From Stegostoma tigrinum (Eukaryota): 64,000 nucleotides of DNA. Below the pieces are notes generated by a model. It was given only the letters and a program-made list of their open reading frames with translations, did no database searches and was not told where the DNA came from. Below, one piece after another: positions 47,721-60,409 of the stretch. The stretch covers positions 3,110,582-3,174,581 of the forward strand of contig NC_081401.1 in assembly GCF_030684315.1 (NCBI RefSeq), read 5' to 3'. How positions within the stretch are numbered: the first letter of the stretch is position 1; the number at the start of each line of letters is the position of its first letter. The translations under genes and the position numbers were made by a program.

Positions 47721-49180
47721 TTTATCTACCCTGTCCTTTCCTTTTAGTATCATGAAGACTTCATTCAGATTATCCTTTCACCTTGTACATTCTAAAGAAA
47801 ACAGACCTAATTTACACACTCATTACCCTGAGGCTCAGGTATTATTCCTGTAAAGCTATATCGAACTCTCTCCAAGGCCAATATATCCTTCTTAAGGTGT
47901 GGTGCCCAGAACTGCACACACTACTCCAAGTGGGGTCTAAACAGGGTTTTCAATATCTGCAGTATGTCTCCTGCATCCTTGTACTCCAGTCATAGACACA
48001 TAGAGATAATACAGTATGGAGGCAGACCATTGGGTCCTGCACGTACTGGCTGATCAGATATCCTAAATTAATCTAGTCCCATTTGCCAGCATTTGGTCAA
48101 CATCCATCCAAACCCTTCCTATTTGTATACCCATCCAGGTGACTTTTAAATGTAGCAATTTTACCAGATTCTATCACTTCCGGTAGCAGTTCATTCCACA
48201 CACACACCACCTCTGTGTGAAAAAAAGCTGCCCTTAAGTCCCTTTCAAATCTTTCTCCTCACACCCTAAACCTGTGCCCTCTAGTTCGGGACTCTTGCCC
48301 CTCAAGGAAATGATTTAGTCTGTTTATCCTATCCATGCCATTCATGATTTTATATAGGTCCATATGGTCACCCATCAGACTGTGATGTTTCATGGATCAT
48401 CCCCCCAGTCTATTCAGCCTGTCAGTATAGCTCAAACCCGTCAGCCTTGGCAACTTCCTTCTAAATCTTTTCTGAACCCTTTCAAGTTTCACGACATCCT
48501 TCTACCGTAGGAAGACCAGAATTGCATGCTGTCATCCCAAACTAACCTAGCAAATGCCCTGTACAGCCGAAACACAACCTCCCAAACTCCTATACTCAAT
48601 GAACTGACTAATACAGGCAAGCATACTGAAGCATTCTGTGCTATCCTATAAACCTGTGATTCCACTTTCAAGGAAGTGTGAACCTTCACTCCAAAGCCTC
48701 TTTGTTCTTCAACACTCCACTCTTGTTACTAATCAGTGTATAAGTCCTGCCCTGATTTGCCTTTCCAAAATGCAGCACCTCACATTTATTGTGATTAAAC
48801 TCCATCTGCTACACCTTGGCCTATTGGGCTATCCGATCAAGATCGCATTATACTCTGAGGTAAGCTTCTCTGTTGTCCACTAGACCTTCAATTTTGGTGT
48901 CATCTGCAAACTTTCTAACCATACTTCCTAAGTTCACATCGAGATCATTCACATAAATGATGCAAAGTAGTGCACCCAACACTGGTATTTGTGGCACATA
49001 TCAGTCCATATCAGGTCCAGCACACTGTCATCATCAATCCTTTTAATTACTTCTTCAAGAACTCTATCAAGTTAATGAGACATGATTTCTCATGCACAAA
49101 GCCATGTTTACTATCCCTAATCAGTCCTTCCCTTTCCAAATACATGTAAATCCTGTCACTCGGGATTTCCTCCAATTACT

Positions 49181-49483
49181 TTAGATTAGATTCCCTGCAG
49201 TGTGGGAACAGGCGCTTCGGCCCAACAAATCCATACCGCCCCTTGGAGACCCATCCCCCTATAACCCACACACCCCTGAACACTATGGGAAATTTAGCAT
49301 GGCTGATCCAGCTAGCCTGCACATCTTTGGACTGTGGGAGGAAACTGGAGCACCCGGAGGAAACCCACGCAGACACGGAGAACGTGCAAACTTCACACAA
49401 GACAGTTACCCAAGGCTGGAATCGAACCTGGGTCTCTGGTGCTGTGAGGCTGTAGTGCTAACCACTGAGCTACCGTGCCACCA
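49181..49483 (-). mobile_element. HE1-type SINE
   Basis: Full-length reverse-complement copy nested in CR1. Confidence 0.9.
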
Positions 49484-50224
49484 CCAATCTGAGTCTCAAG
49501 CATGTATAGTTTCCCAGCATTTCCTTCCCACCTTTCTTAAATAGTGACACAAAGTTAGCCAAAGTCCAGTCTTCCCACGCCTCCCTGGCTGCTGATGACA
49601 GAAATATCTCAGTAAGGAGGCCACCAATCACTTCTTTAGCTTCTCCTGCAACATCTCCCCATTTAAATTAAAGCTCTTTATTGACTCTTCCTGACCAGCA
49701 TCACAATCTCCACTTTATGCTGCATTGGACAAAGTTTTACTCACTCACTGGCCATTTCCGACATTCTTTTTTCTTCATTCATTCACGGGATGAGGGCATC
49801 GCAGGCTTGACCAGCGTTTACTGCCCATCTCGAATTGCTCAGAGGGCAGTTCAGAGTCAACCACATTGCCGCGGGTCTGGGCTCACATGAAGGCCTGACC
49901 AGGTCAGGATATCAGTTTCCTTCCCTAATATTAGTGCACCAGATTGGTTTTTCCAACAATCAATTCACGGTCATCATTAAGCTCTTAATTCCAGATATTT
50001 ATTGAGTTCAAATTCCACAATCTGCTGTAACAGGATTGGAACCCATCCCCAGAACATCACCTGGGTCTCCGGATTAACAATCTAGAGATAATACCACTAG
50101 GTCATTGCACATCGCACATGTTGAACACCCCTCGCATCTTCTTTACAAATGACCACTTTCGCTTCTGTTCAGTTTCACAGTCACGTTTTGCCCTGTCGAA
50201 TATTTAGGCCAGCCATCTGAATCT

Positions 50225-50555
50225 TTAGTAAAGACCGAAAGAACTGTGGATGCAATGAACCAGAAACAAAAAGAGAAATGGCTTGAAAAGCACTGGGGAG
50301 ATAAATCAGAATTCACATTTCCCGATCGAGTCACCGTTCCGCAGAACACAAGAAGGGTCTAGGCCCGAAAAGTCAGCTTTCCTGCTCCTATGATGCTGCT
50401 TGGCCTGCGGTGTTCATTCCAGCTCAGATTCTCTGTTATCTCAGATTCTCCAACATCTGCAGTTCCTACTATCTCTGAAACAACGTTAACGCTGATTTGT
50501 TTCCGCTGATGCTGCCAGACACGCTGAGTTTCTTTTCCAGCAAATATCTGATTCT
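50225..50555. mobile_element. Inverted pair of family-B Penelope repeats with a family-A copy nested at the axis
   Basis: B on minus 50225-50347, A on plus ~50352-50476, B on plus 50480-50555. Confidence 0.7.
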
Positions 50556-50689
50556 TTAAGCCTTAATGTAACAAACACTGTGTGAAGAATGAGGAGAGGG
50601 GGAGGCTTAGCAAATAAATCAACTGACTACTCCTTTCAGCCACATCTTTGCACAGCATCCCGCATTTCCACCCTTGTCTCGCAAATTTG

Positions 50690-51101
50690 TCGATTAGGAC
50701 CACAACAGACTGCACCATTCAAACTGTTACATCGACCACGCAGCGGGCATCCGGGAGGCATCGCGCGCCGTTGATTGAAGGGCTTCATCATTGGCCAATA
50801 GAAAGCACGGGAGGACCGGAAGCAAGCTGGTCCTCCAGCCAATCAGCTAACCTAATTTCTAAATGTAGAGGTTGGACAATGTATTTCTGACACAGCTCAT
50901 TCCTGCCCAGCGAAGTTGGTGCCACTGTTCTCCTCTCTCCGAATGAAGACCCAGAGTGAAGCATCCTCCTCTTGTCAATCATCTGTGAGCACAGCACTGT
51001 TGTTTTTATTTCGGTTCTTTTCTCATTCCGGGTTAAGTTGATGGCTTGCAAGAATCGAACAGTCGGAAAGTGAATCGAGGGAAGGTGCAGATTCTGGGAA
51101 G
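50690..51101 (+). promoter_or_regulatory. CpG-containing multi-CCAAT promoter and probable non-coding exon 1 of the ZNF gene
   Basis: CGCGCG, GGCCAATAG, AGCCAATCAG and further CAAT-like boxes. Candidate donor gaag|gttgac at ~51101. Conserved in the paralog at 27.8-28.1 kb. Confidence 0.6.
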
Positions 51102-51147
51102 GTTGACCCATTGTCGTGCGCTCTCTAAGAGACGGTGACATCGTTTA

Positions 51148-51250
51148 CTGTTCTGGGAAAGGGTCACTTGACCCGAAACGTTAACGCTGATTTCTCTTCA
51201 CCGATTCTACCAGGCCTGCTGAGCTTTTTCCAGCAATTTCTACTTTTATA
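51148..51250 (+). mobile_element. Family-B Penelope repeat with hammerhead skeleton (core mutated)
   Basis: GTT-CTGGGAA-A-GGGTC(ACTT)GACCC-GAAA-CG-TT-AAC. Stems I and II are perfect, but CUGANGA is changed to CUGGGAA. Confidence 0.75.
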
Positions 51251-52326
51251 TGTGACATCTTTTACTCCCTCAGCTTGGCACGCTTGTTTGTCTGGCGAAC
51301 GGAATGGTGTTTTATGTTCACAATTGAAAGGGGTGATTTCCAGGCAAGAGCTGCGATAAGCCATTAATTCAATATCAGATTAAGCTATGCCATGTGTTGT
51401 TGCACAGTACTTGATATTACCACGCCACGTGCTGGTTCTGCTCTTGTTTGAGAGACTGCTGTGCAATTCTGAAGTTTAGCGATAGACTTATTATGGCACA
51501 AGACTCCATTTAGCAATTTGAATCTGTGGCAATTCTCCAGCAATGCAGTCTCTTTCATTCCATTTCTATATTTCTCTATATCTAGCATGTTCATTTGCTG
51601 TCTATCCAATTTTGGATTGAAATCTTAATTGAATCTTTTCAATTTTGAATAATCTACTTGAAATAATTATTACCGCCTCCTGAATTGTCAAAATTTCCAG
51701 GCTGTGACCATTTGGTGTCGAAATAATATCCTTCCTTTCATCCCCTTGTGTCCTTATTCAAGTGTTGCAGTCCAGTTAATTTGAATATTTTTAGATCAAT
51801 AATATATCCTGAAGAAGAACCTTTCAAACATGCAGTAAAGAGCAGGCTGTTCGGCTTATTATGTCTGCACCAACAATAAATTGAAATCAATTGAATGGCA
51901 TGAATTAGCTTCACCTTCAGAATATTTTCTTTTGAATTTTAATCTTGCACTGATACTGATGACTTTTTATGCTGCTTTCACAGGAAATTGGAAGTGGAAG
52001 ATTTGAAGGAAGCATTCTGAAACTGACGTAATCTGAAATCACTCAATTTGTCAGGAGGTGAACGTCATAGATGTCTAACTGTGGATGTTTCTCCGTTCTG
52101 CCTGCTTTAAATGTTTCAAAAATCGATTTGACTGGAAAGGGACTGTGATGCACACACACCCGAGTGAGAGAGTTTCAGTGCACTGACAGTGAAAAAAGCT
52201 CAGTTCAACAGTCTGGAAAAAACAAATTGTACATTTCATGGCAGAATAGACCATTGATATGTTCTGTGTGTGGACAAAGCTTCAACTGATTATTAAACCT
52301 GGAGAGAGAATGAAAACACTCTCAGC

Positions 52327-53754
52327 ATGAGTAAATCCTGGAAATGTGGCTACTGTGGGAAGGGATTCCATTACCCGTCTGCACTTGAGATTCATGAGCG
52401 GAGACACACTGGAGAGAGGCCATTCACCTGTTTTGTGTGTGAGAAAGGATTCAGTGCTGTCTCGAATCTGCTGACACACCAGAAGGTTCACATTGTGGAG
52501 AGGGCATTCACCTCTGACTGTGGGAACGGACCCGCTGATGCTTCCACCCCGCTGACATGCAAGCGGGTTCACACCAAGAAGAGGGAATTCCCCTGCTCTG
52601 ATTGTGGGAAGGGATTCAGCAGCTCGGCCAACCTGCTCAGGCACAGACGGGTTCACACCGGGGAGAGGCCTTACACTTGTTGTGAGTGTGGGAAGCAGTT
52701 TGCTCAGTCGGCTGGCCTGGTTATTCATCAACGGATTCACACTGGGGAAAGGCCGTTTACCTGCTCTCAGTGTGGGAAGGGATTCTCCGATTCGCATACC
52801 CTGCTGCAACATGAACGGATTCACACTGGCGAGAGGCCTTTTATCTGCTCTCAGTGCGGGAAGGGATTCACGCAGGTATCCAACCTGCAAGCACACCAGC
52901 GAGTTCACACTGGGGAGAGACCATTCACCTGCTCTCAGTGTGGAAAGGGATTCACGCATTTGTCCAGCCTGCAAATACACCAACGAATTCACACTGGGGA
53001 GCGGCCATTCACCTGCTCTCAGTGTGGGAAGGGATTCTCTCGATTATCCAGCCTGCAGAAACACCAGCGAATTCACACCGGGGAGCGACCATTCAACTGC
53101 CCTCAGTGTGGGAAGGGATTCACACAGTTATCCAACCTGCAGAGACACCAGCGAGTTCACACCAGGGAGAGACCATTCACCTGCTCTCAGTGTGGCAAGG
53201 GATTCACACAGTCATTGCACCTGCAAGCACACCAGCAAGTTCACACTGGGGAGAGGCCGTTCACCTGCTCTCAGTGCGGGAAGGAATTCACGTGTTCATC
53301 CCGCCTGCAGAGACACCAGCGCGTTCACACCAGGGAGAGATCATTCAACTGCTCTCTGTGTGGGAAGGGATTTACACAGTCATCCCACCTGCAAGCACAC
53401 CAGCGTGTTCACACAGGGGAGAGGCCGTTCACCTGCCCTCAGTGTGGGAAGGGATTCACATGCTCATCCCACCTGCAGAGACACCAACGAGTTCACACCG
53501 GGGAGAAGTTGTTCACGTGCTCTCAGTGTGGTAAGGGATTCTCTCAGTTATCCAACCTGCAAGCTCACCAGCGTGTTCACACTGGGGAGAGGCCATTCAC
53601 CTGCTCTCAGTGTGGTAAGGGATTCACACACTTATCGAACCTGCTGAGACACCAGCGAGTTCACACTGGGGATAGGCCGTTCACCTGCTCTCAGTGTGGG
53701 AAAAGATTCACACAGTTATCCAACCTGCAGAAACACCAGCGAGGCCACAAGTAA
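52327..53754 (+). CDS. Tandem C2H2 (Kruppel-type) zinc-finger protein, 475 aa: 16 intact fingers + 1 degenerate, no KRAB seen
   Basis: Repeated CxxC-(12)-HxxxH with TGERPF linkers in one open exon. Acceptor tttcacag| at 51983. Confidence 0.95.
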   Translation: MSKSWKCGYCGKGFHYPSALEIHERRHTGERPFTCFVCEKGFSAVSNLLTHQKVHIVERAFTSDCGNGPADASTPLTCKRVHTKKREFPCSDCGKGFSSSANLLRHRRVHTGERPYTCCECGKQFAQSAGLVIHQRIHTGERPFTCSQCGKGFSDSHTLLQHERIHTGERPFICSQCGKGFTQVSNLQAHQRVHTGERPFTCSQCGKGFTHLSSLQIHQRIHTGERPFTCSQCGKGFSRLSSLQKHQRIHTGERPFNCPQCGKGFTQLSNLQRHQRVHTRERPFTCSQCGKGFTQSLHLQAHQQVHTGERPFTCSQCGKEFTCSSRLQRHQRVHTRERSFNCSLCGKGFTQSSHLQAHQRVHTGERPFTCPQCGKGFTCSSHLQRHQRVHTGEKLFTCSQCGKGFSQLSNLQAHQRVHTGERPFTCSQCGKGFTHLSNLLRHQRVHTGDRPFTCSQCGKRFTQLSNLQKHQRGHK

Positions 53755-56700
53755 CCGCAGGAGTGCATTCTGCTGTTTGTGCTGCTGCCCATCACATTTC
53801 AGGAGTGAACCATGTTCATTCTGCCAGAGGGTGAAATGGGAGTTTCAGTGGATTTCTTTCTGCTGGACTGGCCACCCTCACCACTTGCATCCACTCAGTT
53901 GGATGCCTTAAATTTTATATGAATCACTGAAGGAAGGGAAGATTTGGAAGAGAGGTGTTTGTTAGTTTGCACTTCGTTTTCTCTAATATCGTGCTACCTT
54001 GGCATGGAGATGGTCATGTCTGGCGGTTGTTTCATTTAATTTCATAACACAAAGTAATTTGAAAGGTTTGCGGTCTGGTTCTACACAGCTTTCCCGATCA
54101 AATGTGCCAGCCCGTTTACAACAGGCCTACACAGCTGGCGTCCAAAGCCAGGGAGACTCTTCGAAGGTCAACGGAAGTCACAATGACTTCTGAGGTCGCA
54201 GTAGACAACATCTCATGATATATGTTGGATTGAAATTTCCCAATTGGTTCAGTGGCCTCCACCAATTAGGAGGTCTCTTGTTGGGTACCTCACTGAGGAT
54301 CGTCTCCTTTTGTTACATTTGTAACACTTCTGACCCAGAACACTGTGGAAAAGAGAGTTTGATTTACAAAGTGGACTTAATTCAACCGGAGTTTGACAAG
54401 CCCATCTGTCTGTTAGCTCATCCGCTAGCCAGGAGGACTTCAGCCACGTGTACAGAGCTCTCCGTTAGATTAAAACACAGATTGAAAAGGTTAAATAGGA
54501 TTTCAAAGCAAGGGGTCATTCAAAAAAAGCACATCTTTTTCCACATAAATGTGTGGAGGAGCTATGCATTCCATGGGAGCAGAACCAAGGATTCAACGTG
54601 TTGAGATGGAGGGGTGTGTGTGGTGAGAGTATGTGGATGAAATCTCAGGCCTGGGGAGAATGACCATGGAGAGCAAAGACTGACAATTGGAATGGCGTGT
54701 GGGGCTGAAGACTTTGCAAGAAGTGAAGCTGAAGGTCTGTTCAGGAGTTCAGGACAAGTGATTTTTTTTTTGAAATGTTCTCTTTATCCAATACCCAGTA
54801 GGCCTTACTGGTGGTGAGACATTGGAATAAACAATAACAGCAAGTGAGAGAGAGGAGAGGTGCATTAATCTCGCGGACAAAATTCAAGGTGCTAAAAGGG
54901 CAATTAATCAGTCTGGCAAGATATTCTAACCTACCATAAGGCAGGTCAGTCTTTGCCTAGAATAGCTTCTTATGTTGTTCATTCACGTGGGAACTAGTCA
55001 CGGAAGGCACCTGAACATGTGAAAAGTTGGCATTTCATTTGGAATCGCTGAGGGGAAAAGAAGCTAGAAGATTTGCTGAGCTCGGATCTTGCGCTAAAGA
55101 GGGAAGCTTCTGAGGAAACCAGTCCCCTCCAATGCATTTACCACGAGTGAAAATAGATGTGAAGGATTATGAAATATTTACTTTGTTGCAACAGTCACTC
55201 CAGATGTCCAAGAAAACCAAGGAAGATTTTTGTTCAGAGTTGCTGTCTCAGCTGACATCTTATTAGGGAAAGATTTGGATGTTTTTGAAAAAGTTCATTG
55301 TGCAGGTTATCGTGGGGAAAAGTGTGTTGAGGGTATTCATCAGAGCACAACTGGAATATTGTAAACTGTTTTGGGCCCCTGATTAAAGGAGATATGTACT
55401 GGCATCGAAGGCCATCCAGGGCATGTTCATTCGTCTGATACGATCTATGGATAGACTGTGAAGAGGAGATGATAAATAGGTTGGGCCTGCACTTGTTGGA
55501 ACACAGAAGAATGATATGTTACCTTACTGAAATAGAGAGGATTATTAGGGGTTTTAACAGAGTAGATGTAATAAGCTTGTTTCCCCTTGTCGGAGAGTCT
55601 AAGACCACAATGCGTAATCACAGAATATTGAGCCATTTATCTGAGGCAGAGATGAGGAATTTCTTCTCGAGTAGCGATTCAGGAACTATTATCACCAAGG
55701 ACTGATGAGGTTGGATTATTAAGTATTTTGAAGGCTGATATAGGCAGATTTTTAATCAGGAAGGCATTCAGTGGTTTTAGGGAAAAGGCAGGGCCGTGCA
55801 GTTGAGGATTTTCCAATCAATCGTGACCACATTTAATTGCTGACCAGACTTGATGGGCTGAATGGCCTACATCTGCTCCTTTGTCTTATTGCCTGTTGTT
55901 CAGAGTGAATTGAAATTGTTCTGTGAGAATAGAGTCGAGAAACGTAAGCTTAGATTCCACATTAATCAGTGCATTTAATACAGGGAAATTACTTTGTGAG
56001 CTGCTTCCACAGTCTTGAAGAGCTACAGTTTGGAAATTACTCCTATCCATGATAACTCCTTGACATTTGGAATCCTGCTCAGCATGGAACTGGTAAAAAG
56101 ATTAGAAAAGTAAAATATTTAGCCCAATAATGGACTTCACAAAAGCTGCAGACCTACCTGCAGAATCTCAAATTTAAAATTTTCAAAAGAATAGACAAGG
56201 ACGTTCATAATTGTGTTCAAAGCAGCAGATATTTTTTGTCCCTGCCATGCTGAAACAATACAAGATACAACATGTAGATAACCGTTTCCGAAAAGAGCAT
56301 TTTATACCTCAGCATGATGTGGAAGAATCAATTCAGAGTTAAATTTTTTTTTTCTTTTGAATGGGGATCACGAGAAGGAAAACCAGAATTCAAACCATCC
56401 ACTTGAACATAAGCATGCATTGGAATAATGTGACTAGTGAAGATTGTAAGCAACCATGAAAGAATTACAGGTCTTTGACAGAAAGGAAAAAAAAACTTTT
56501 TATCCAGCCAGCTCTGGCAATATAGACAGTAGAACATTTGCAGAGAGAAAGATTCTGGAAATCTTAGGTATCAGAATGAGAAACTGGGGAGAAACCAAAT
56601 TCCTGTGGCATACATTTGAGTTGATCTCTTCAGGAAGTGAATGAACCTTCATGAGGTAAAGGTCCTTGGGTGGAAAAGTAAAAACTGAATTCAAAACAGT

Positions 56701-58014
56701 ACATCGATATTTATGATTGTGTTGTTAGGATACTTCTTTGTTTAACTTTCATTTACACAATAAAGTTCGTTTTTGTTAAACAATGTGAAATGTAGGTGCC
56801 ATGCAGCTTTCAATTATCTACTGAAAGTGTCTTTAAACATTGACTGTCCTGCCAAAGATTGCAGGATTCTTGTTCCTTGGGGACAAAAGTGACCAGGATG
56901 AGTTAATGAGAATCTTCACACTCAGTGAGGAGGCAGAAGTCAGCCAGGCTCAGAAATCGATGATCAGGTAAAACACATATTTAAATTACAAAGGGGCACA
57001 GCCTGATAGATTTATTTTTGTTTGACACAGGGAGAAGATCAGAAGAAAGATTTTTGTAAATGTTTGAATGGGAGCGTCAGTGACGAGACCAGCAGTGAGT
57101 GCCCACCTTTAACTATCCCTGAAAAATGATGGTGCATCAGTCAGCTCCTTGAAGTGCTGCAGTGCCTGAGCTTTTGTGTGTGCTTTGTGACCACTGGAAC
57201 CTGCCTCTCCTGCAGAATTAATATTGGTTCTCAACTTCAGTTGGTATTCTTGCAAATAGTCCTGATGAATGAAAGATGTGGTGGGTGGGGAAATGATTTG
57301 TTTGCTAGTGAGAGACGTCAGTAGCACTATAGTTGAGTTCAGACTGCTGATGTCTGCTCCCCTGCCTCCCTCCTCACCTGACACACACACACACACACAC
57401 ACACGGACACAGGTGCCAGACCTGAAATCCACACAGAGATTACTTGGCGGTTTGTAGATGATGGGTGGGCAAGGCGAGTGCTGTTGTCCGGTTCCTGTTG
57501 TGCACTCGCTTGTGGATGATGCATTGAGGTGGGCTTAGTGAGGTAGGGGATTAGGGAGTTCCTGCTCCCTTTTCTAACACCCTTGTGGATGATGGGTTGG
57601 GCTTAGTGGGGCAGTTCCAGATCCTGTTGCTCATTCCCTTGTGGATGATGGGGGCACAGCATGGAGCAGATGGGAATGGGCCAATGGAAATGCATGACTC
57701 TTTGAATGATGGGATTGTTACCTATTGGAAACCTGCATGGACAACGCAACAACAATTGAGGAGCAGTGAATTGAGGTTGGAGGCCCTGGGTGGCAAGGAG
57801 AACTGCCCAAAGAGGAGAATGAGGAAGGGAACTGGCTGGGTGATGTGCCAATGACAGGGTGAGGAGGTTGTTGGGACTGAAAGTATAATGGACCAATAGT
57901 GACGGTGGTAACCCAGCTGTGAGTGAACAAGCCAATGCTGAGGTGAGGAGGTGTGGAGCATGAGTTGTGAGTGCCCATTGGTTTGGCCAAGGGAGAAAAT
58001 GGGCAGTGAGTAGC

Positions 58015-58500
58015 CATGATGTAGAGGAGCCGATGTCAGACTCGGGTAGACAAGGTAAGAAGTCGCACAGCACCTGGTTATAGTACACCATCTTTATTTG
58101 AAAACAGAATCTTTTGGAATCTTCCTCCTTCTTCAGGTGTTAGTGAGAGAGGAAGTTTCAGACTCAGAATTTATGAGTTTAAGGCCAAATGGCCTCATCC
58201 CTGATGAGGATGTACGAAATCTATAGATAGTTAATGTGGCATTTTATAAATTCCTACTTTAGAAATAAAACCAGTCTGACTACAACCCAAAACACAAATA
58301 GATTCTAAACAAGGCCTCACACCTAACATGCATTGTCTGACCTAAAATGCCACCTCTTCTTTACACTGATAAAACCTTTCGTTCTCTCAGGGCAGTGACT
58401 TCAAAGGAATTCAGGGATTACATATTTGTGTTAATCAATTAAAAGTTTGGAACTATTTAAAGATTTAATAGAATCTTAGGTTTGTTTAGTACATCTTCAT
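58015..58500. mobile_element. Penelope-derived non-autonomous repeat (family D); related copy at ~27225-27740
   Basis: Shares the ggcattttataaattcc block and the aaataaa-cctgttgg-c-ataacctgg terminus with the 27-kb copy. Degenerate hammerhead CAC-CTGAAGA-AGGAG..TTCC-AAAA on minus at 58105-58139. Confidence 0.6.
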
Positions 58501-60409
58501 CAGGAAGCGACACAACTTGAAACATCAAATTTCATGCTGCTCTGTTGCTGCTTGACCTGTTGTGTTCCTCCAGTCCCACACTGTATCAACTCGGACTTCC
58601 AGTGTCAACAATTCTTGCTATCTCACAATTTCACAACTGGGTCTTGAGTATGGAGGGGGCAGAAGGATGGAAAGTCCTTCAGTGAGGAGTGCAGGGGTAA
58701 TCAGAGGGCGGGATGGGGTTGTGGTGGGAGAAGAACGTCCCACAGGATTCACCGACATGCTCTTGCAGACACAGTATTGATGGTGCCTGTCTAGTTCGTT
58801 TCTGGTCAAGGTTACCCAAGGTCTTGGATAGTTTGGGAATCAGCAATCATAATGCCATTGTAAGTCAAGGGCTTCTGGGCGTGCGCATGAGAGAAAATGT
58901 GAGTGTGTGAGAGAGGGAGGGGAGAGTATGTTAATGAGAGAAATTGTGTGAGAGAGAGAGAGACTGTGAGTGAGAAAGTGTGTGTACGAGTGGAAGAGAG
59001 AGGATGTGTGTCAGAGAGACAAAGATTGTGTGTGTGAGAGAGGGAAAGATTGTGTATTTGAGGGAGGCAATCCATGCTTGTGTAAGAGAACCTAACTGTT
59101 GGTATGTATGAGATAGGATGTGTAAGTGAGATACGTATGTGTATTGCGAGAGGCAGAGAACAAATGTGTGAGGGTGCGCATGTGACAGAGGCAATCCATG
59201 TATGTGCAGAAAAATGTATGTGTGTGGCTGTGTATGTATCAGAGAGAATGTATGTGTGTGTGTGACTGAGTGAATGGGGTGTGTATGTCTGACTGTGTGA
59301 GATTGTGCCTGTGACCCTGAATGTAAGTGAGATTTCCTTTGTGTGTGTGAGAGAGAAAGAGAGAGCTTGCATGCGATTGTGTGTGTGAATGAGTTGCTGA
59401 GTTAAAAGAAACGTGACTCTTTGGCCACTTTTCCTTTTGATTCCAATCTCTGTTGGTCTCAGGAAATGAACTGTCCTTTCCTGTGCCCTGTGTCTGTGCG
59501 TACATATGTGATGACTAATCACGGCAGACTCACTGAGCCCATATAAACAGCAGGATGCTGGCCTGCTCACTGTGACTGGGAGGAGCGAGCCAATCATGAG
59601 AAAATCTCTGAATTTGCTTCTTGTTATCTCGCTGCTAACGCAGACCCCGGCACTACTGATAGAGAAGTGCAATGCGGGACTTTTTCGGCCCAGTTCAAAT
59701 CGCAGAAAACAATCTGTGGAAAAAAATATCTGGGTGGGAGGGGGGATCCTGTCCATTCAGCCTGTGCTGCAATTTATTTGGATCATAGCTGCATTAGGTT
59801 TGGCCTCCTGTTATTTCTGTAAGAGGGCAAAGCACATCTCAAGCCAGGCCTTCCGAGCTCCCCCTTTTTTAGTTCACAGTCGGCTGTTTTTCTAAGCCGA
59901 ACTTAAAAGAACGAGAAGGCACGGATCTCAAATAATCGGTAGAAGGTGGGGTGCTTAGGTAAGAGTGAGGATGGAATCCACCCTGCCCTGAGGGATTAAC
60001 GTGTAAAGTACCCAGTCTGGGGCAATCGGGGTGGTGTTTGGACAAACTGCCCTTTTGGGAGAGCTGGCAAGAATGTGACGGTCTCAACAGCCCCTCCTAC
60101 AATTTATGTGATTCTGAGGCTTGACGCTACCACGAAATCTTGGTGTTATCTCCGTTCAAAGCTCTTTTTATTCCCACACACACAGCTGTTAACCTGAGCT
60201 TTATAAGAACATAATATGTAGGGGCTGGAAGTAGGCTGTTCGAATCTGCTCTGCTTTCTGAAGGGATTGTGGCTGATCTGGTCGTCCTCAATTTCACTCT
60301 CTGGGCCTTTCCCCATTGCCCTTGATTCTTCCTGTCTCAGAACCTTGAATATACCGACTGACCCAGTCTGAACAGCCCTCTGCAGCAAAGAATTCCACAG
60401 ATTCACCTC

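Larger units (their letters stand above)
47120..49640 (-). mobile_element. CR1 LINE fragments with nested SINEs
   Basis: Reverse-strand KFADDTKI, QFWS and CR1 3' UTR motifs. Confidence 0.85.
50690..57100 (+). repeat. Segmental duplication, copy 2
   Basis: Same collinear blocks as copy 1, plus ~55650-56720 which is absent from copy 1. Confidence 0.9.

Noticed and set aside
52604-53647. Long overlapping ORFs (347 aa, 226 aa, and antisense 52282-52992) in the ZNF gene
   Set aside because: Typical off-frame shadows of repetitive C2H2 codons, with no independent evidence.
58195-58232. CTGATGAG-GATGTAC-GAAA-TCTATAGA-TA, a hammerhead-like string
   Set aside because: Core letters and a palindromic stem III are present, but stems I and II have about 1 bp each. 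Probably chance within a decayed repeat.
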